A stretch of 64,000 bases of DNA from assembly GCA_028284075.1 (NCBI GenBank), contig JANQSL010000056.1, positions 4,564-68,563 on the forward strand. Reading direction: 5' to 3'. The notes below the pieces were generated by a model, which searched no databases, had not been told where the DNA came from, and saw only the letters and a list, made by a program, of their open reading frames with translations. This document shows, in pieces, positions 28,276 through 38,324 of this stretch; position 1 is the stretch's first letter; each line of letters opens with the position of its first letter. This stretch comes from Candidatus Sumerlaeia bacterium. GTDB lineage: Bacteria > Sumerlaeota > Sumerlaeia > SLMS01 > JAHLLQ01. The translations under genes were made by a program, and so were the position numbers.

Positions 28276-28823
28276 GTTCCGCGCGCACGATCTCGCGTCG
28301 AGGATTTGTAAAGCTCGGATTCCTCCGAACGGAAGCGTCACCGGAGCCTCAGGGTTCCAGGCGGCGGATTCCGGTTCACAGACCTCCGGGTGCTGTCAGC
28401 GAAGCGGAATTTCTTTCGGGCTGCACGAAGTGCGAGAAATGCATGGATGCGTGCCCACACGATGCCATCGTTCACGCTCCGATTCGATTCCGTGAAGCGG
28501 CGGGAACCCCCACAATCGATCCATCGAATTCTCCCTGCCGAATGTGTACCGACGCACCCTGCATTCCTGTCTGCCCCGAAGGTGTTCTGCTGCACGACCG
28601 TGGAATGAAAATGGGTGAAGCCCGAATTAATATCCTGAACTGCCTCGCGCATCAGGGAACGTTCTGTTCGACCTGTGTGGAGCAATGCCCTGTCGATGGC
28701 GCCATGAGGCTCGAAGACGGAAAACCGATCATTAACTCAACCGCCTGCACGGGATGCGGTGTGTGTCAGTACATGTGTCCCGCACCTGTGAATCCGCTGA
28801 TGATTCTTGCTCGCCAAACCTGA
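28272..28823 (+). CDS. NapG/NapF-type polyferredoxin (four 4Fe-4S motifs)
   Basis: RRGFVK twin-arginine-like N-terminus and four Cys clusters (CTKCEKCMDACP, CRMCTDAPCIPVCP, C..CSTCVEQCP, CTGCGVCQYMCP). Confidence 0.8.
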   Translation: MSSARTISRRGFVKLGFLRTEASPEPQGSRRRIPVHRPPGAVSEAEFLSGCTKCEKCMDACPHDAIVHAPIRFREAAGTPTIDPSNSPCRMCTDAPCIPVCPEGVLLHDRGMKMGEARINILNCLAHQGTFCSTCVEQCPVDGAMRLEDGKPIINSTACTGCGVCQYMCPAPVNPLMILARQT

Positions 28824-28835
28824 ACCGGAGTTCCC

Positions 28836-29150
28836 ATGGCAGACGATTCACAAAGCGATGCGATTTTGCCGGAACTGGGTGATTCGGTCCTGAGGGACAG
28901 GCAAATTCACGCATTGCTGGCCGACTACGAGAGAGAAGTCAATATTCACGGAGTCCTTCTCCGGCGCGGCGCACGGAATCACACAGATGGTTCGAGCGAT
29001 CTCTCCGCCCGTGAAGCGGTCCTCCGGTTGATGGAGGGAGAAGTCAGGGGAGTCCAAATTCGTTATCTATGGGAAGGCTGTGAGTGGTGGGACACGCTAA
29101 TGCAAACGCCGGAGGGCATCCGTCTCGTGCGGATTCGCCACGAAGTCTGA
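28836..29150 (+). CDS. Hypothetical protein (104 aa)
   Basis: A compact ORF between the napG-like gene and the secretin gene. No family recognised. Confidence 0.4.
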   Translation: MADDSQSDAILPELGDSVLRDRQIHALLADYEREVNIHGVLLRRGARNHTDGSSDLSAREAVLRLMEGEVRGVQIRYLWEGCEWWDTLMQTPEGIRLVRIRHEV

Positions 29151-29200
29151 CAGATTTTGAATTCAAGGCATTCAAATTCCAGCATCGAAAGGATTGTATC

Positions 29201-30697
29201 GTGAAAACAACTCTCAGCAAGACGGTTTCCACGATAGGTGTGGTCGCGTGGCTCGTTGCGGGTACATCGGAATCAGAAGCGCAGACGCAACCGGCGGTTG
29301 CGGCAAACAACCAGGACGAGGAAATCAACATCCACCGCACGGTGGATCAGGATGCGGAGTCCTTCGCGATTCTGCGGTCCGGCGACAAGAAGGAAATCAA
29401 TCGATACGTAACCCGCGTCTATAACCTCGATCATGCGAACCCGTACGAGATCCTTCCTTATCTCCGAACCGTCGCAGCCCTTGAAAAGGGCAGTGTTATT
29501 ACCGCTTGGAATCCTCAACCCGACGGAGCTCCTCTGAGCTGGATTCAGGTTAATGTGCCCGAGTTTCAGATTCCCTACATTGATCAAGCCGTAAAGGCGT
29601 ACGATGTGCCTGGATTTGCATCCATACCGGGCGACATCAAGTTCAGCTATCGAACCCGCTATCGCGATGCATCCGATATCGCAGCCCACATTCGATCGAC
29701 GACCCTGTCGCCGGATGGACTTATTCTCGCGGATTCGGACACAAACACGATCTATGTTCAGGACTCTCCCAGTGACTTCAAGCGTGTATTGTCTCAAATT
29801 CAGTTCTATGACATTCCAGTCCCACAGATCGACATCGAAGTCACAATCATCGAACTGACGAAAGTCGATCAGACGTCTCTTGGCCTTGACTGGGATGCCT
29901 GGAAGACCGCTCTGGCAGGAAGCGGTTCTCTCTCTGCCGACAACATTCGCTCTGACACCAATACCACCCCGCAGTTTGAATCATGGAGCAGTGCATGGGA
30001 AGGCATGATTTCGCTCGATGCGACAGCCGCCGCCCGATTCCTCAACTATCTCGTCGATACGGGAGACGCCGAGGTGATGGCGCGCACGACTCTGACTATT
30101 AGCAACGGAAAAACGGTGATTCTGGGCTCGGAAACCCAGGTTCCGGAGTACGAGTATCAGTATAGCTCCGCTATCCAGGCGTCCGAACTCAAGGAGGTCG
30201 CCGACGAGCGTCAGCTTCCAACCGCAGAGGGAATGACGCTGATCGTGCACCCGAACATCGCTCTCGATACCGCCCGGCTTGAAGTCGAACTGCTCACTGT
30301 TGCTCCCGTTGCCATCGGCAAGACGGGCGATCCGATCTACTCAACACAATCCTTGCTTTCCGACCTGACGCTTTCTCAGGAACAACTCTACAAAATCGGA
30401 GGCCTGCGACGGAAGGTGGAAGCAACGGAACGCAAGGGCTTACCGCTTCTTCGCGATGTTCCTTTTTTGAAGTATCTTTTCTCGAACGAGGCGACCATTC
30501 TCCGCGACACGGAACTCTATGTTTTCCTGAAACCCACCTGGACAGCACCCCTTGTTCCCGATCTTCAGGGTATGAAGATTGACAGCACCGTCAGTGCCGA
30601 TCACGTAACCGGCATTCTTGCGGCGAATCCCAACATTGCCATGAGTCTGACGGATGCGGAGCTGCTGCAGGAATACTTCGACGCTGAAGATGATTGA
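29201..30697 (+). CDS. Secretin (GspD/PilQ/CpaC superfamily outer-membrane channel)
   Basis: Signal peptide, secretin N domains and the conserved C-terminal secretin block GLPLLRDVPFLKYLFSNEATILRDTELYVFLKPT. GTG start at 29201 after the RBS AAAGGA avoids overlap with the upstream ORF. Confidence 0.85.
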   Translation: MKTTLSKTVSTIGVVAWLVAGTSESEAQTQPAVAANNQDEEINIHRTVDQDAESFAILRSGDKKEINRYVTRVYNLDHANPYEILPYLRTVAALEKGSVITAWNPQPDGAPLSWIQVNVPEFQIPYIDQAVKAYDVPGFASIPGDIKFSYRTRYRDASDIAAHIRSTTLSPDGLILADSDTNTIYVQDSPSDFKRVLSQIQFYDIPVPQIDIEVTIIELTKVDQTSLGLDWDAWKTALAGSGSLSADNIRSDTNTTPQFESWSSAWEGMISLDATAAARFLNYLVDTGDAEVMARTTLTISNGKTVILGSETQVPEYEYQYSSAIQASELKEVADERQLPTAEGMTLIVHPNIALDTARLEVELLTVAPVAIGKTGDPIYSTQSLLSDLTLSQEQLYKIGGLRRKVEATERKGLPLLRDVPFLKYLFSNEATILRDTELYVFLKPTWTAPLVPDLQGMKIDSTVSADHVTGILAANPNIAMSLTDAELLQEYFDAEDD

Positions 30698-30725
30698 ATA
30701 GCTCCACAAAGATTGAGAGTGTGTC

Positions 30726-31643
30726 ATGAAGGGCCGAGTTGTTTCCGTGAATATATCTGGAGGCGGCATCCCCAAGATGCCGGTTGATACGGTTGAGGTG
30801 CTCGCAACGCATTTACAAGGCGACGGCCGAAACCACGAGAAGCACAATCGAGAATGGCGTGCCGTCTCATTGCTCGATGTGGAACAACTCGGCCGATTTC
30901 AGCAACTCGGATTTGGAGTACGGCCGGGGAGTATGGGCGAGAACCTGACAATCGAAGGAATCGACTGCCGCGAGCTGATGCCAGGCGACATCGTTGACTT
31001 TGAAAACGGCGTTCGTCTGGAAATCACAGAGCCTCGAATTCCCTGCTACGTACTCGATGGCATACATCCGACCCTTAAGGAGCATTCCTGGGGAACATGC
31101 GGGACAATGGCTCGAATTGTTTCCGGTGGAACGATTATGGCAGGAGAGACGTTTCAATTCGTCGCCAATCGTTTCACGGAATCGGAATCGTGTTGGGAAC
31201 ACACAGGAGTGATTTTTGACCGGACGGGTTCAGCAGGGAGCGATATTGACGGTCTCAAGGGAGTGCTTGGAGAAGTTGTCATCAGAGTTGTTGTGGCTGA
31301 TCAATCCCTCAATATCAGCGCGCTTCGAGAAATTGATTCGCAAATCCTGTTTGTCACAATCGATCAGAACGAAGTCTCACCGTACCTGCTGCGTGTTCTA
31401 ATCGACAGATACGTTGATGGGTTACTCATGTTTCGCACGGAGGCGGGGCGAAAAATCACCCCGTCTCCGGCGATTCTGCCGTCTACTCTTCTCGGTTCGT
31501 TTCTGGAATGTATTCATGCAGCTGATTCGAAGGAATCGCTTCTGAAAACACTGAAGCCGTCCTGGGTCACTATTTCGAATCGTCTGGCTGACTTCGCTCA
31601 TGATGACCGGGCGGAGGAGAAGGCCGCAATTTCATCGCTTTGA
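30726..31643 (+). CDS. MOSC domain protein with a C-terminal extension of unknown function
   Basis: N-terminal MOSC beta-barrel pattern with the conserved Cys, in the segment RIPCYVLDG...GTMARIVSGG. Confidence 0.7.
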   Translation: MKGRVVSVNISGGGIPKMPVDTVEVLATHLQGDGRNHEKHNREWRAVSLLDVEQLGRFQQLGFGVRPGSMGENLTIEGIDCRELMPGDIVDFENGVRLEITEPRIPCYVLDGIHPTLKEHSWGTCGTMARIVSGGTIMAGETFQFVANRFTESESCWEHTGVIFDRTGSAGSDIDGLKGVLGEVVIRVVVADQSLNISALREIDSQILFVTIDQNEVSPYLLRVLIDRYVDGLLMFRTEAGRKITPSPAILPSTLLGSFLECIHAADSKESLLKTLKPSWVTISNRLADFAHDDRAEEKAAISSL

Positions 31644-31701
31644 GTTGAATTGTCAGTCTCTTCGACATTGTCTGTTCATTTTCCATCGTACGATGTCCCA
31701 A

Positions 31702-32079
<378 letters not shown>

Positions 32080-32144
32080 TTATTCATCCAGGCGCAGTAT
32101 CATCGAAACCCCTTCGGCGTTCAAGGAGGAGGCTCGAGGGATTA

Positions 32145-33005
32145 TCAGCGAGGTCCGCCCTTCAGCATCGATACGGCAACCCACCCGTAGGCCTTCAGGC
32201 ACGGCACAAGATGCGGCCACGCGCGATACTGCTTCCACCAGGTCCACTCCGCGTGCGCAGCCCGGCGGAACCCTCCGTACGTCCTGAGCAGGAACCGCCA
32301 TCGATTGCGATGGTACTTTGCAAGAAAGCCGGATGACCATGCCACCGTGGTCTGACTTTCATGATGGATCACAATCGACCTTGGAACGACGCGTACTTTC
32401 CATCCCGCCCTGCGTGCACGAACACAGAAATCAACTTCTTCGAAATAGATGGGCCAGTAGCCTGGATCCAGGGGTCCGATCTCGTGAATCACTGCACGCC
32501 GAATGGCAAGGGCTGCGCCTGTTGCATAGGGCACGTCCCGCGCCGGACCCGGATCCTGGTTCGGCCGTATTTTTTTCCCCCACGCGATATGTTGTGTCAG
32601 ACCGTTGCGTTCGATGATCCCACCGCAATGCTGAATCGTTTTCTTGTCGGGGTAGAGCAGAAGGCATCCCGCAACGCCTGTTTTCGGGCTGTTGCGAAAC
32701 TCCTCAAGCAGCTCTGCCAGCCAGTCGACGCGCGGTTCCGTGTCATCGTTCAGAAGAACCACCACATCACCCTTTGAACGCTCGATGCCAATGTTGTTGC
32801 CTCCTGCGAACCCGAGATTTCGCGGAGCGCAAACGAGTTGGACATCGGGGTGACTGTCACGAACGTACTCAGCGGTTCCATCGGATGAACCGTTGTCTAC
32901 AACGATGACCTCATCAGGAGCCGGATCGCTCTTCTTCAATGCATCAAGTGGCATCGCGATGCGATCGCGTCCATTCAGGCAGACGATGATGACGGATGTT
33001 TTCAT
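32145..33005 (-). CDS. Glycosyltransferase family 2
   Basis: VIIVCLNGRD...VVDNGSSDGT with DXD and QxxRW-like elements. Start MKTSVIIV. Confidence 0.85.
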   Translation of the reverse strand: MKTSVIIVCLNGRDRIAMPLDALKKSDPAPDEVIVVDNGSSDGTAEYVRDSHPDVQLVCAPRNLGFAGGNNIGIERSKGDVVVLLNDDTEPRVDWLAELLEEFRNSPKTGVAGCLLLYPDKKTIQHCGGIIERNGLTQHIAWGKKIRPNQDPGPARDVPYATGAALAIRRAVIHEIGPLDPGYWPIYFEEVDFCVRARRAGWKVRVVPRSIVIHHESQTTVAWSSGFLAKYHRNRWRFLLRTYGGFRRAAHAEWTWWKQYRAWPHLVPCLKAYGWVAVSMLKGGPR

Positions 33006-34174
33006 GATGCTGGAAAGGTTTGCCTCAGAGCCGGAATTAAGAAGTCTTTGATGGGCTCGAAAATGCTGAAGTCGTAATAGTCCTGGCGAAAAGGAAGGAG
33101 GGGTTGTGTCGTGAACCATTGCACCGAGGCGTTGAACTCACACAGGGCCCATAATACGAACAACACACGCCGCAGGCAAACATTGGGGATCAGAACCAGC
33201 ATTGGGGCAAGAGCCAGCCAATACCAGAACTGCACATGAGACCAGCTCTTCATGAGCAGCAGAAAAAGAAGCGCAGGCAGGCATGCGGCAAAGGCTCTTG
33301 AACGAAATGCGGCAAGAATCACCAGACTCAGAATCATCCATGAAGAAAATTGCTGCCAGAGCTTCGCCGGCAGGTAGGTTCCCGTCAGGTAGATATTCAT
33401 GAAGTTCCAGTGAAACGGATTCAGGCGCATGGGTGCACTGAAGCCGGCGACCTGGGCAACAGCGGGATAGAAAACCAGCGCCAGAGCGGTCAGGAGGCAG
33501 CCAGTTGCAAACCCGCCGAACGCCATGCCCGCTTCACGATACCGCTTGTCTTTATCAACGCTCGTAACGGCCATCACAAAGAATGGCAGAAGCACAACTG
33601 CCGTGAGCTTTGTTTGGATTGCCAGAGCCAGCAAACCACAGCCTGCGGCAATATTCCTCCGGACGGCCAGAATTGCCAGCAGAGCAAACATTGACTGAAG
33701 ACCTTCAAACTGACCTTCTCCCGATGCCCACCACAATGAAACCGGCGCGCACCAGTAAATCAGGCCGCACCACTTATCCTTCGTCAGGCGGTAAATAAGC
33801 CAGGCGTTGACCGCTTCCACAGCTGTGAGCGCCAGCTTTCCAACGAACACCGACGAGTGGATCAGCGAGATCAGTGCAAAAAACAGAAACGCGGCAGGCG
33901 GGTAGTTGTATGGGTTCTCCGACCAGGCAATCCACTCCAGGCCGGACCACTCATCAAGGGAGTGTCCCGCAAATCCGGGCCCTTCCATCCAGAAGCCCGC
34001 GCCGTAAGCAAGGTTTCGGACAATGTCACCGGTGTTGACTGGAGCCTGGGTTGCAAGGGCAACGCGCAGAGCGAATACCACAGGCACGACGACCGTAATT
34101 GCCAACAAATCCCAGCGGCGCGGCGGGGAAGACTGGTCTTTAGTTGGCGGATTTTCAGCGTGCTGGGTCGTCAT
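33002..34174 (-). CDS. GT-C type membrane glycosyltransferase (DUF2029/GT87-like)
   Basis: A ~390 aa polytopic protein with a GT-C/DUF2029-like pattern. Translationally coupled to the downstream GT2 gene by an ATGA overlap. Confidence 0.65.
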   Translation of the reverse strand: MTTQHAENPPTKDQSSPPRRWDLLAITVVVPVVFALRVALATQAPVNTGDIVRNLAYGAGFWMEGPGFAGHSLDEWSGLEWIAWSENPYNYPPAAFLFFALISLIHSSVFVGKLALTAVEAVNAWLIYRLTKDKWCGLIYWCAPVSLWWASGEGQFEGLQSMFALLAILAVRRNIAAGCGLLALAIQTKLTAVVLLPFFVMAVTSVDKDKRYREAGMAFGGFATGCLLTALALVFYPAVAQVAGFSAPMRLNPFHWNFMNIYLTGTYLPAKLWQQFSSWMILSLVILAAFRSRAFAACLPALLFLLLMKSWSHVQFWYWLALAPMLVLIPNVCLRRVLFVLWALCEFNASVQWFTTQPLLPFRQDYYDFSIFEPIKDFLIPALRQTFPAS

Positions 34175-34225
34175 CGGCCCGACGGTCCCGGCAAGGACGA
34201 CGGAACGGCGAGCGAAAAATCGCTC

Positions 34226-34942
34226 TTATTGCGCCTCAGCGGATTCCCGCTGCAACTCTCGCAGAATCCTTCTGCGACGAACGTCCAGAACGGTTTCAAA
34301 GATTCCAAGAGCAATAATGAGGTATCCGGCAAATTCTCCCGTTTCCTCGATCACACGCTTGTAGCTGCGATCATAGTCGTCACCCATGATTGCTTCCAGG
34401 AAATCCGAATGCCCAACGAGTTGAGCGAACGGAACGGCAACAATTGCCCCGGCCCACAGTACTCCAAAAGATCGTCCGCTGCAGAACGCTTTGAACTCGG
34501 ACAACAGGGTTGATTTGTCCTTCCAAACCATGATGACCGATACCAACAGAGCGGCCACCGCCGGGCCCTGCCATCCGACAAGTGGAATCACAAGGTCGAG
34601 CCATCGATCCAATTCCCTGATTAATGCAATCAGGGTCAATCCTGACAGAAGGAGAAGAAGGGGAGAGCCGGACCGGACTTTGCCAGCTCCAAAAGCAATG
34701 ATGGAGGCGATGGCAAGAATGGTGAGTTGCAGATTCTCAACGACAGCGCCCTCTCTAAAATCCGAGATGTCACCGGGGGCGGCAAATCGCGGCAGGAGTG
34801 CAAGAACCAGAAAAAACAGCGCTGTGTAGCAAAAAAAACGTGGCACCGCGGTGAGCCAGTGCTCACCGGGAAGCATCACGTCACGATCTACGGAGGAGAC
34901 ACCAAGTACCGGTCTGGTTCTCGTGGCAGTCGCTTCGGGCAT
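34226..34942 (-). CDS. Hypothetical integral membrane protein
   Basis: Five or six predicted transmembrane helices. First gene of the minus-strand trio. Confidence 0.5.
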   Translation of the reverse strand: MPEATATRTRPVLGVSSVDRDVMLPGEHWLTAVPRFFCYTALFFLVLALLPRFAAPGDISDFREGAVVENLQLTILAIASIIAFGAGKVRSGSPLLLLLSGLTLIALIRELDRWLDLVIPLVGWQGPAVAALLVSVIMVWKDKSTLLSEFKAFCSGRSFGVLWAGAIVAVPFAQLVGHSDFLEAIMGDDYDRSYKRVIEETGEFAGYLIIALGIFETVLDVRRRRILRELQRESAEAQ

Positions 34943-35154
34943 ATGAATTCCATGCTCGGATTTTTTATTCTACCTCAGAAATCCTGTGAAGTTCGCAGTC
35001 CGGGACGCAAGCCTCTGTTTGACTCCCTCTCGGGCTCGATATTGGGCAAGTTATTGTGTATTTGGTATATATCTTTCTTTTTTTGTCATTGACCTGAGTC
35101 GCCTGAAGTTAGGACACAAATAGGAGTCTTCCGACAAACTACGGAGCCGGGGCC

Positions 35155-35469
35155 ATGACGAAGGCCGAAGTCGCAAATCTGCTGATGGAAAAGACCGGTC
35201 TGGGCCGGAATGAATCCTACGAAGCCGTTGAGATTTTCCTCGATGGGGTGAAGCGCGCTCTTCTTGAGGGCGAGAAGGTATCACTTGTCGGCTTTGGAAC
35301 TTTTCTGGTGAAGACCAAGAAGGCGCGCAACGGCCGCAACCCACGCACCGGTGAGCAGATCTTCATCGAGGAAAAGAACGTTGTAATCTTCAAGCCCGGC
35401 AAGGCTTTCCGCGACCTCGTCAACGATGGTCAGGCCATCCCCGGCGATGATCAGGACGACGACGAGTAA
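35155..35469 (+). CDS. HU family DNA-binding protein with an acidic C-terminal tail
   Basis: HU signature GFGTF...RNPRTGE, ending in DDQDDDE. RBS GGAG. Confidence 0.9.
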   Translation: MTKAEVANLLMEKTGLGRNESYEAVEIFLDGVKRALLEGEKVSLVGFGTFLVKTKKARNGRNPRTGEQIFIEEKNVVIFKPGKAFRDLVNDGQAIPGDDQDDDE

Positions 35470-36322
35470 GCATTCTGTGGCAGGCGTTTCTCAGGCTCAA
35501 AAATCCCGCAAATCAAGCAGCCGAAAGCGTCCGACAATCCGCCCCGAGAAGGAATTCTCCTCGACCTGCGGGGACCTTGTTGTTGGCGGAGTGGACGAGG
35601 CTGGCAGAGGGCCGCTGGCGGGGCCCGTTGTAGCCGCCTGCGTCGTCTGGAGTTTCGAAAAGAGGAGACCTCCGGGCCTCGGTGACTCCAAACAATTGAG
35701 CCCGGCAACCAGAGAGCGTCTTTTTGGAGCCATTCAGCGCTCAGCCCTTTCATGGGGGCTCGGGCTCAGCCATGCCGACGAAATCGACCTGATCAATATA
35801 CTTGAGGCCACTCGTCTCGCCTCCGCGCGGGCCGTGGAAGAGGCCTCCAGGCGGCTCCCGGGAGGTCTGAGAATCAGGGCACTGGTCACAGACGCCCTGG
35901 ATATTCCCGTCCTTGGAATTCCCATTCACCCGATCATCAAAGGTGACCAGAAATCCGCTTCCATTGCCGCGGCCTCAATTCTCGCCAAGGTAACCCGGGA
36001 TCGCCTGATGGACGGATGGCACAAAGAATTTCCAGAGTACGGGTGGGACCGGAACCGGGGATATCCGACCAAGGACCATTATTGCGCCCTTCGCCGCCAC
36101 GGCCCGACAATATTGCACCGGATGTCTTTCAGCGGAGTGGGCTTCTTCAGCGATGCTCCCCGGCGATCTCCATCACACGCCCACTTTTCCATGATGATCG
36201 AGAAAAGTTCAGGTCATCCCGGGGCCATTCGAGCGATTTTTGACGAAATCGAACAATATGGGTCGCAAATCCCCCCACGGGACAGGGATGACTTGCTCCA
36301 ACTCCTGAGCAAACACGGATAA
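35447..36322 (+). CDS. rnhB: Ribonuclease HII with basic N-terminal and C-terminal extensions
   Basis: VVGGVDEAGRGPLAGPVVAACVV active-site region. The start is uncertain: ATG at 35447 overlaps HU, and GTG at 35477 is the alternative. Confidence 0.85.
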   Translation: MIRTTTSKHSVAGVSQAQKSRKSSSRKRPTIRPEKEFSSTCGDLVVGGVDEAGRGPLAGPVVAACVVWSFEKRRPPGLGDSKQLSPATRERLFGAIQRSALSWGLGLSHADEIDLINILEATRLASARAVEEASRRLPGGLRIRALVTDALDIPVLGIPIHPIIKGDQKSASIAAASILAKVTRDRLMDGWHKEFPEYGWDRNRGYPTKDHYCALRRHGPTILHRMSFSGVGFFSDAPRRSPSHAHFSMMIEKSSGHPGAIRAIFDEIEQYGSQIPPRDRDDLLQLLSKHG

Positions 36323-36375
36323 ACCGGCGGCAGGCTATTGAATTTGAGAAAAAAATCACAAACTTTCCTCTTGAG

Positions 36376-36702
36376 TTGGCAACAGGGTGTGCCTACACAC
36401 GCGCCGAAATTTGGCAGGGGTTTTTGCCTCGGGCCGCTTTCCAAGCCCCCGACAAGGGGTGTGTGCGTTTGAGTGACAGCCGCTGGAAATCGCGGGGTCA
36501 GTCCCTCAGGCGACAGAGTCTGGCGCTGACGATCCCCACAATGTACGTCGGGGGACCTCTTGGCGGAGGTTTTGTTGGCTGGTGGCTTGGAGCAAAGGCC
36601 GGATATCCCTCTGCCGGTTTCAGCATCGGTTTTGTTCTCGGGTTGGCGGCAGCCATTCTGGAAACGAAACGCCTCCTCAGAGTCCTTGCAAGGGACGACT
36701 GA
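36376..36702 (+). CDS. AtpZ/AtpI-like small membrane protein (ATPase_gene1 family)
   Basis: GGPLGGGFVGWWLG...GFSIGFVLGLAAAI pattern immediately upstream of atpI. The true start is probably internal. Confidence 0.5.
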   Translation: MATGCAYTRAEIWQGFLPRAAFQAPDKGCVRLSDSRWKSRGQSLRRQSLALTIPTMYVGGPLGGGFVGWWLGAKAGYPSAGFSIGFVLGLAAAILETKRLLRVLARDD

Positions 36703-36729
36703 TCGAGAGCCCCCCGGAGTTCCCACGCG

Positions 36730-37167
36730 TTGGACGCGAACCGAACACTGCGCTGGATCTATATCAAGACCCTCGCGGCAAGTGCTCTTGTCGCATTGGT
36801 CGTTGCCCTGCGGATTCAGTTTCTCTGGGGAGCTTCTTTTGCCGTCGGTGCCCTCATCGGTACACTCAATTGGTTTATTCTCGGGATGCTTCTTGTGTCA
36901 CTGACACGCAAGAAGCCCGCTGCGGCACTCGGCTGGCTTGGCGGGAAGCTGTTGTTGCTGGCTACAATGTTCGTCGCGATTCTGCCGGCGGTCATTGTCG
37001 AGATCGGTGCGTTTCTGTTGGGTTTTCACATGTTCCTGCTGATGGCCGTGATCGAGGCTGGCGGCTGTGTATTGCAGAACTACCTTGCCCGAACCGCTTC
37101 GGAAACGAAGCGCCCCCTGCCAAAAAGCCTCAAAGAACTCGTAACCGGGAAGGCCGCGGATGCCTGA
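36730..37167 (+). CDS. atpI: ATP synthase protein I (AtpI)
   Basis: A small four-helix membrane protein directly upstream of atpB, overlapping its start. Confidence 0.6.
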   Translation: MDANRTLRWIYIKTLAASALVALVVALRIQFLWGASFAVGALIGTLNWFILGMLLVSLTRKKPAAALGWLGGKLLLLATMFVAILPAVIVEIGAFLLGFHMFLLMAVIEAGGCVLQNYLARTASETKRPLPKSLKELVTGKAADA

Positions 37168-38248
37168 AGCGAGAAGCATCGACGAACTGATCATTCTTGC
37201 CGACGCCGATCTTGAGCACGCGGCGAACGAGGCATTCATGGTGGCCGCCGCCGAGACCGATCACGGTCACGGAGACAGTGCACACGATGCCGTCACACAC
37301 GCCGGCCATGAGGGTGGAGATGACGGTGATGGTCACTATGGCAGGCCGATAACACATCCGCCGGAACTTCCTCACTTCATTCAATTGGCGTTTCAAGCGA
37401 AGCACGGCCACGACTACGGGACGGAAGAGCAGGCGGAGAATGGCGAGTTGTCCTTTCTCCAGGTTTTGCATGGCGGACCTCTCAACAAACCGGTTCCCTT
37501 TGTCGATTACGCTCCTTGGGAAAACAATGTCTTCGCCGCCATCGGCGCCATGTTTCTCATCTTCATCGTCTGGGTTGCCACCCGCCCCTTTCGCACTCGC
37601 AGCAAAGCCGATCTGATTCGCAACCCAACGCGCCTTCAACTTGGAATGGAGAATCTGATTTCGGCAACGGATGAATTCGTAAAGGGAATTCTGGGCGAGG
37701 AGAACGGCCGCCGCTACCTGCCCTTCATTGCCTCTCTCTTCTTTCTGATTCTGACACTGAATCTGATGGGTATTATTCCCTTCATGAAGGCGCCCACATC
37801 ATCATTGCTCATTACCGGCAGCCTCGCTCTTGCAACCTTTGTCTACTACTTTTATATCTCACTGACGAGGCTTGGGCCGATCGAGCTCCTGAAGCACCTC
37901 TGCGGCAGTCCAACGACTGTCGTTCAGTGGTGCCTTGCCCCGTTGATGCTTATCATCGAGTGCATCTCGTTTTTCATCGCCAAGCCGCTCAGTCTTGCCC
38001 TGCGTCTTTTCGGCAACATTCTCGGCAAGGACATTCTGCTGGGTGTGATGCTTGGACTGGGACTCATGATTTCAGGCGGGCTTCTCAAGGGAGTCGGAGG
38101 ATACATCGGTGTCCCTCTGACCTTTCCCTTCTACTTTCTGGCACTTCTTCTCTCGGCCATCCAGGCGCTGGTTTTTGCGCTGCTGTCGGCCATCTACATC
38201 CTGATGGTGCTTCCGCACGATCACGAGCACGAAGAGGGGCACCATTGA
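37160..38248 (+). CDS. atpB: F0F1 ATP synthase subunit a, with a His/Asp-rich N-terminal extension
   Basis: Conserved subunit-a core LRLFGNILGKD with the essential Arg. Residues 1-110 are His- and acid-rich. An alternative start is at 37238. Confidence 0.9.
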   Translation: MPEARSIDELIILADADLEHAANEAFMVAAAETDHGHGDSAHDAVTHAGHEGGDDGDGHYGRPITHPPELPHFIQLAFQAKHGHDYGTEEQAENGELSFLQVLHGGPLNKPVPFVDYAPWENNVFAAIGAMFLIFIVWVATRPFRTRSKADLIRNPTRLQLGMENLISATDEFVKGILGEENGRRYLPFIASLFFLILTLNLMGIIPFMKAPTSSLLITGSLALATFVYYFYISLTRLGPIELLKHLCGSPTTVVQWCLAPLMLIIECISFFIAKPLSLALRLFGNILGKDILLGVMLGLGLMISGGLLKGVGGYIGVPLTFPFYFLALLLSAIQALVFALLSAIYILMVLPHDHEHEEGHH

Positions 38249-38324
38249 TCCGTTCGACGGATCGCATTCTCACACGGGTTCAATCGGCAAACGCCGCGAT
38301 TGATAGAACCAAATTGACCGGAGG

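Noticed and set aside
29084-29200. Upstream extension of the secretin ORF
   Set aside because: It overlaps the preceding ORF and lacks signal-peptide character. A GTG at 29201 with an RBS gives a proper signal peptide.
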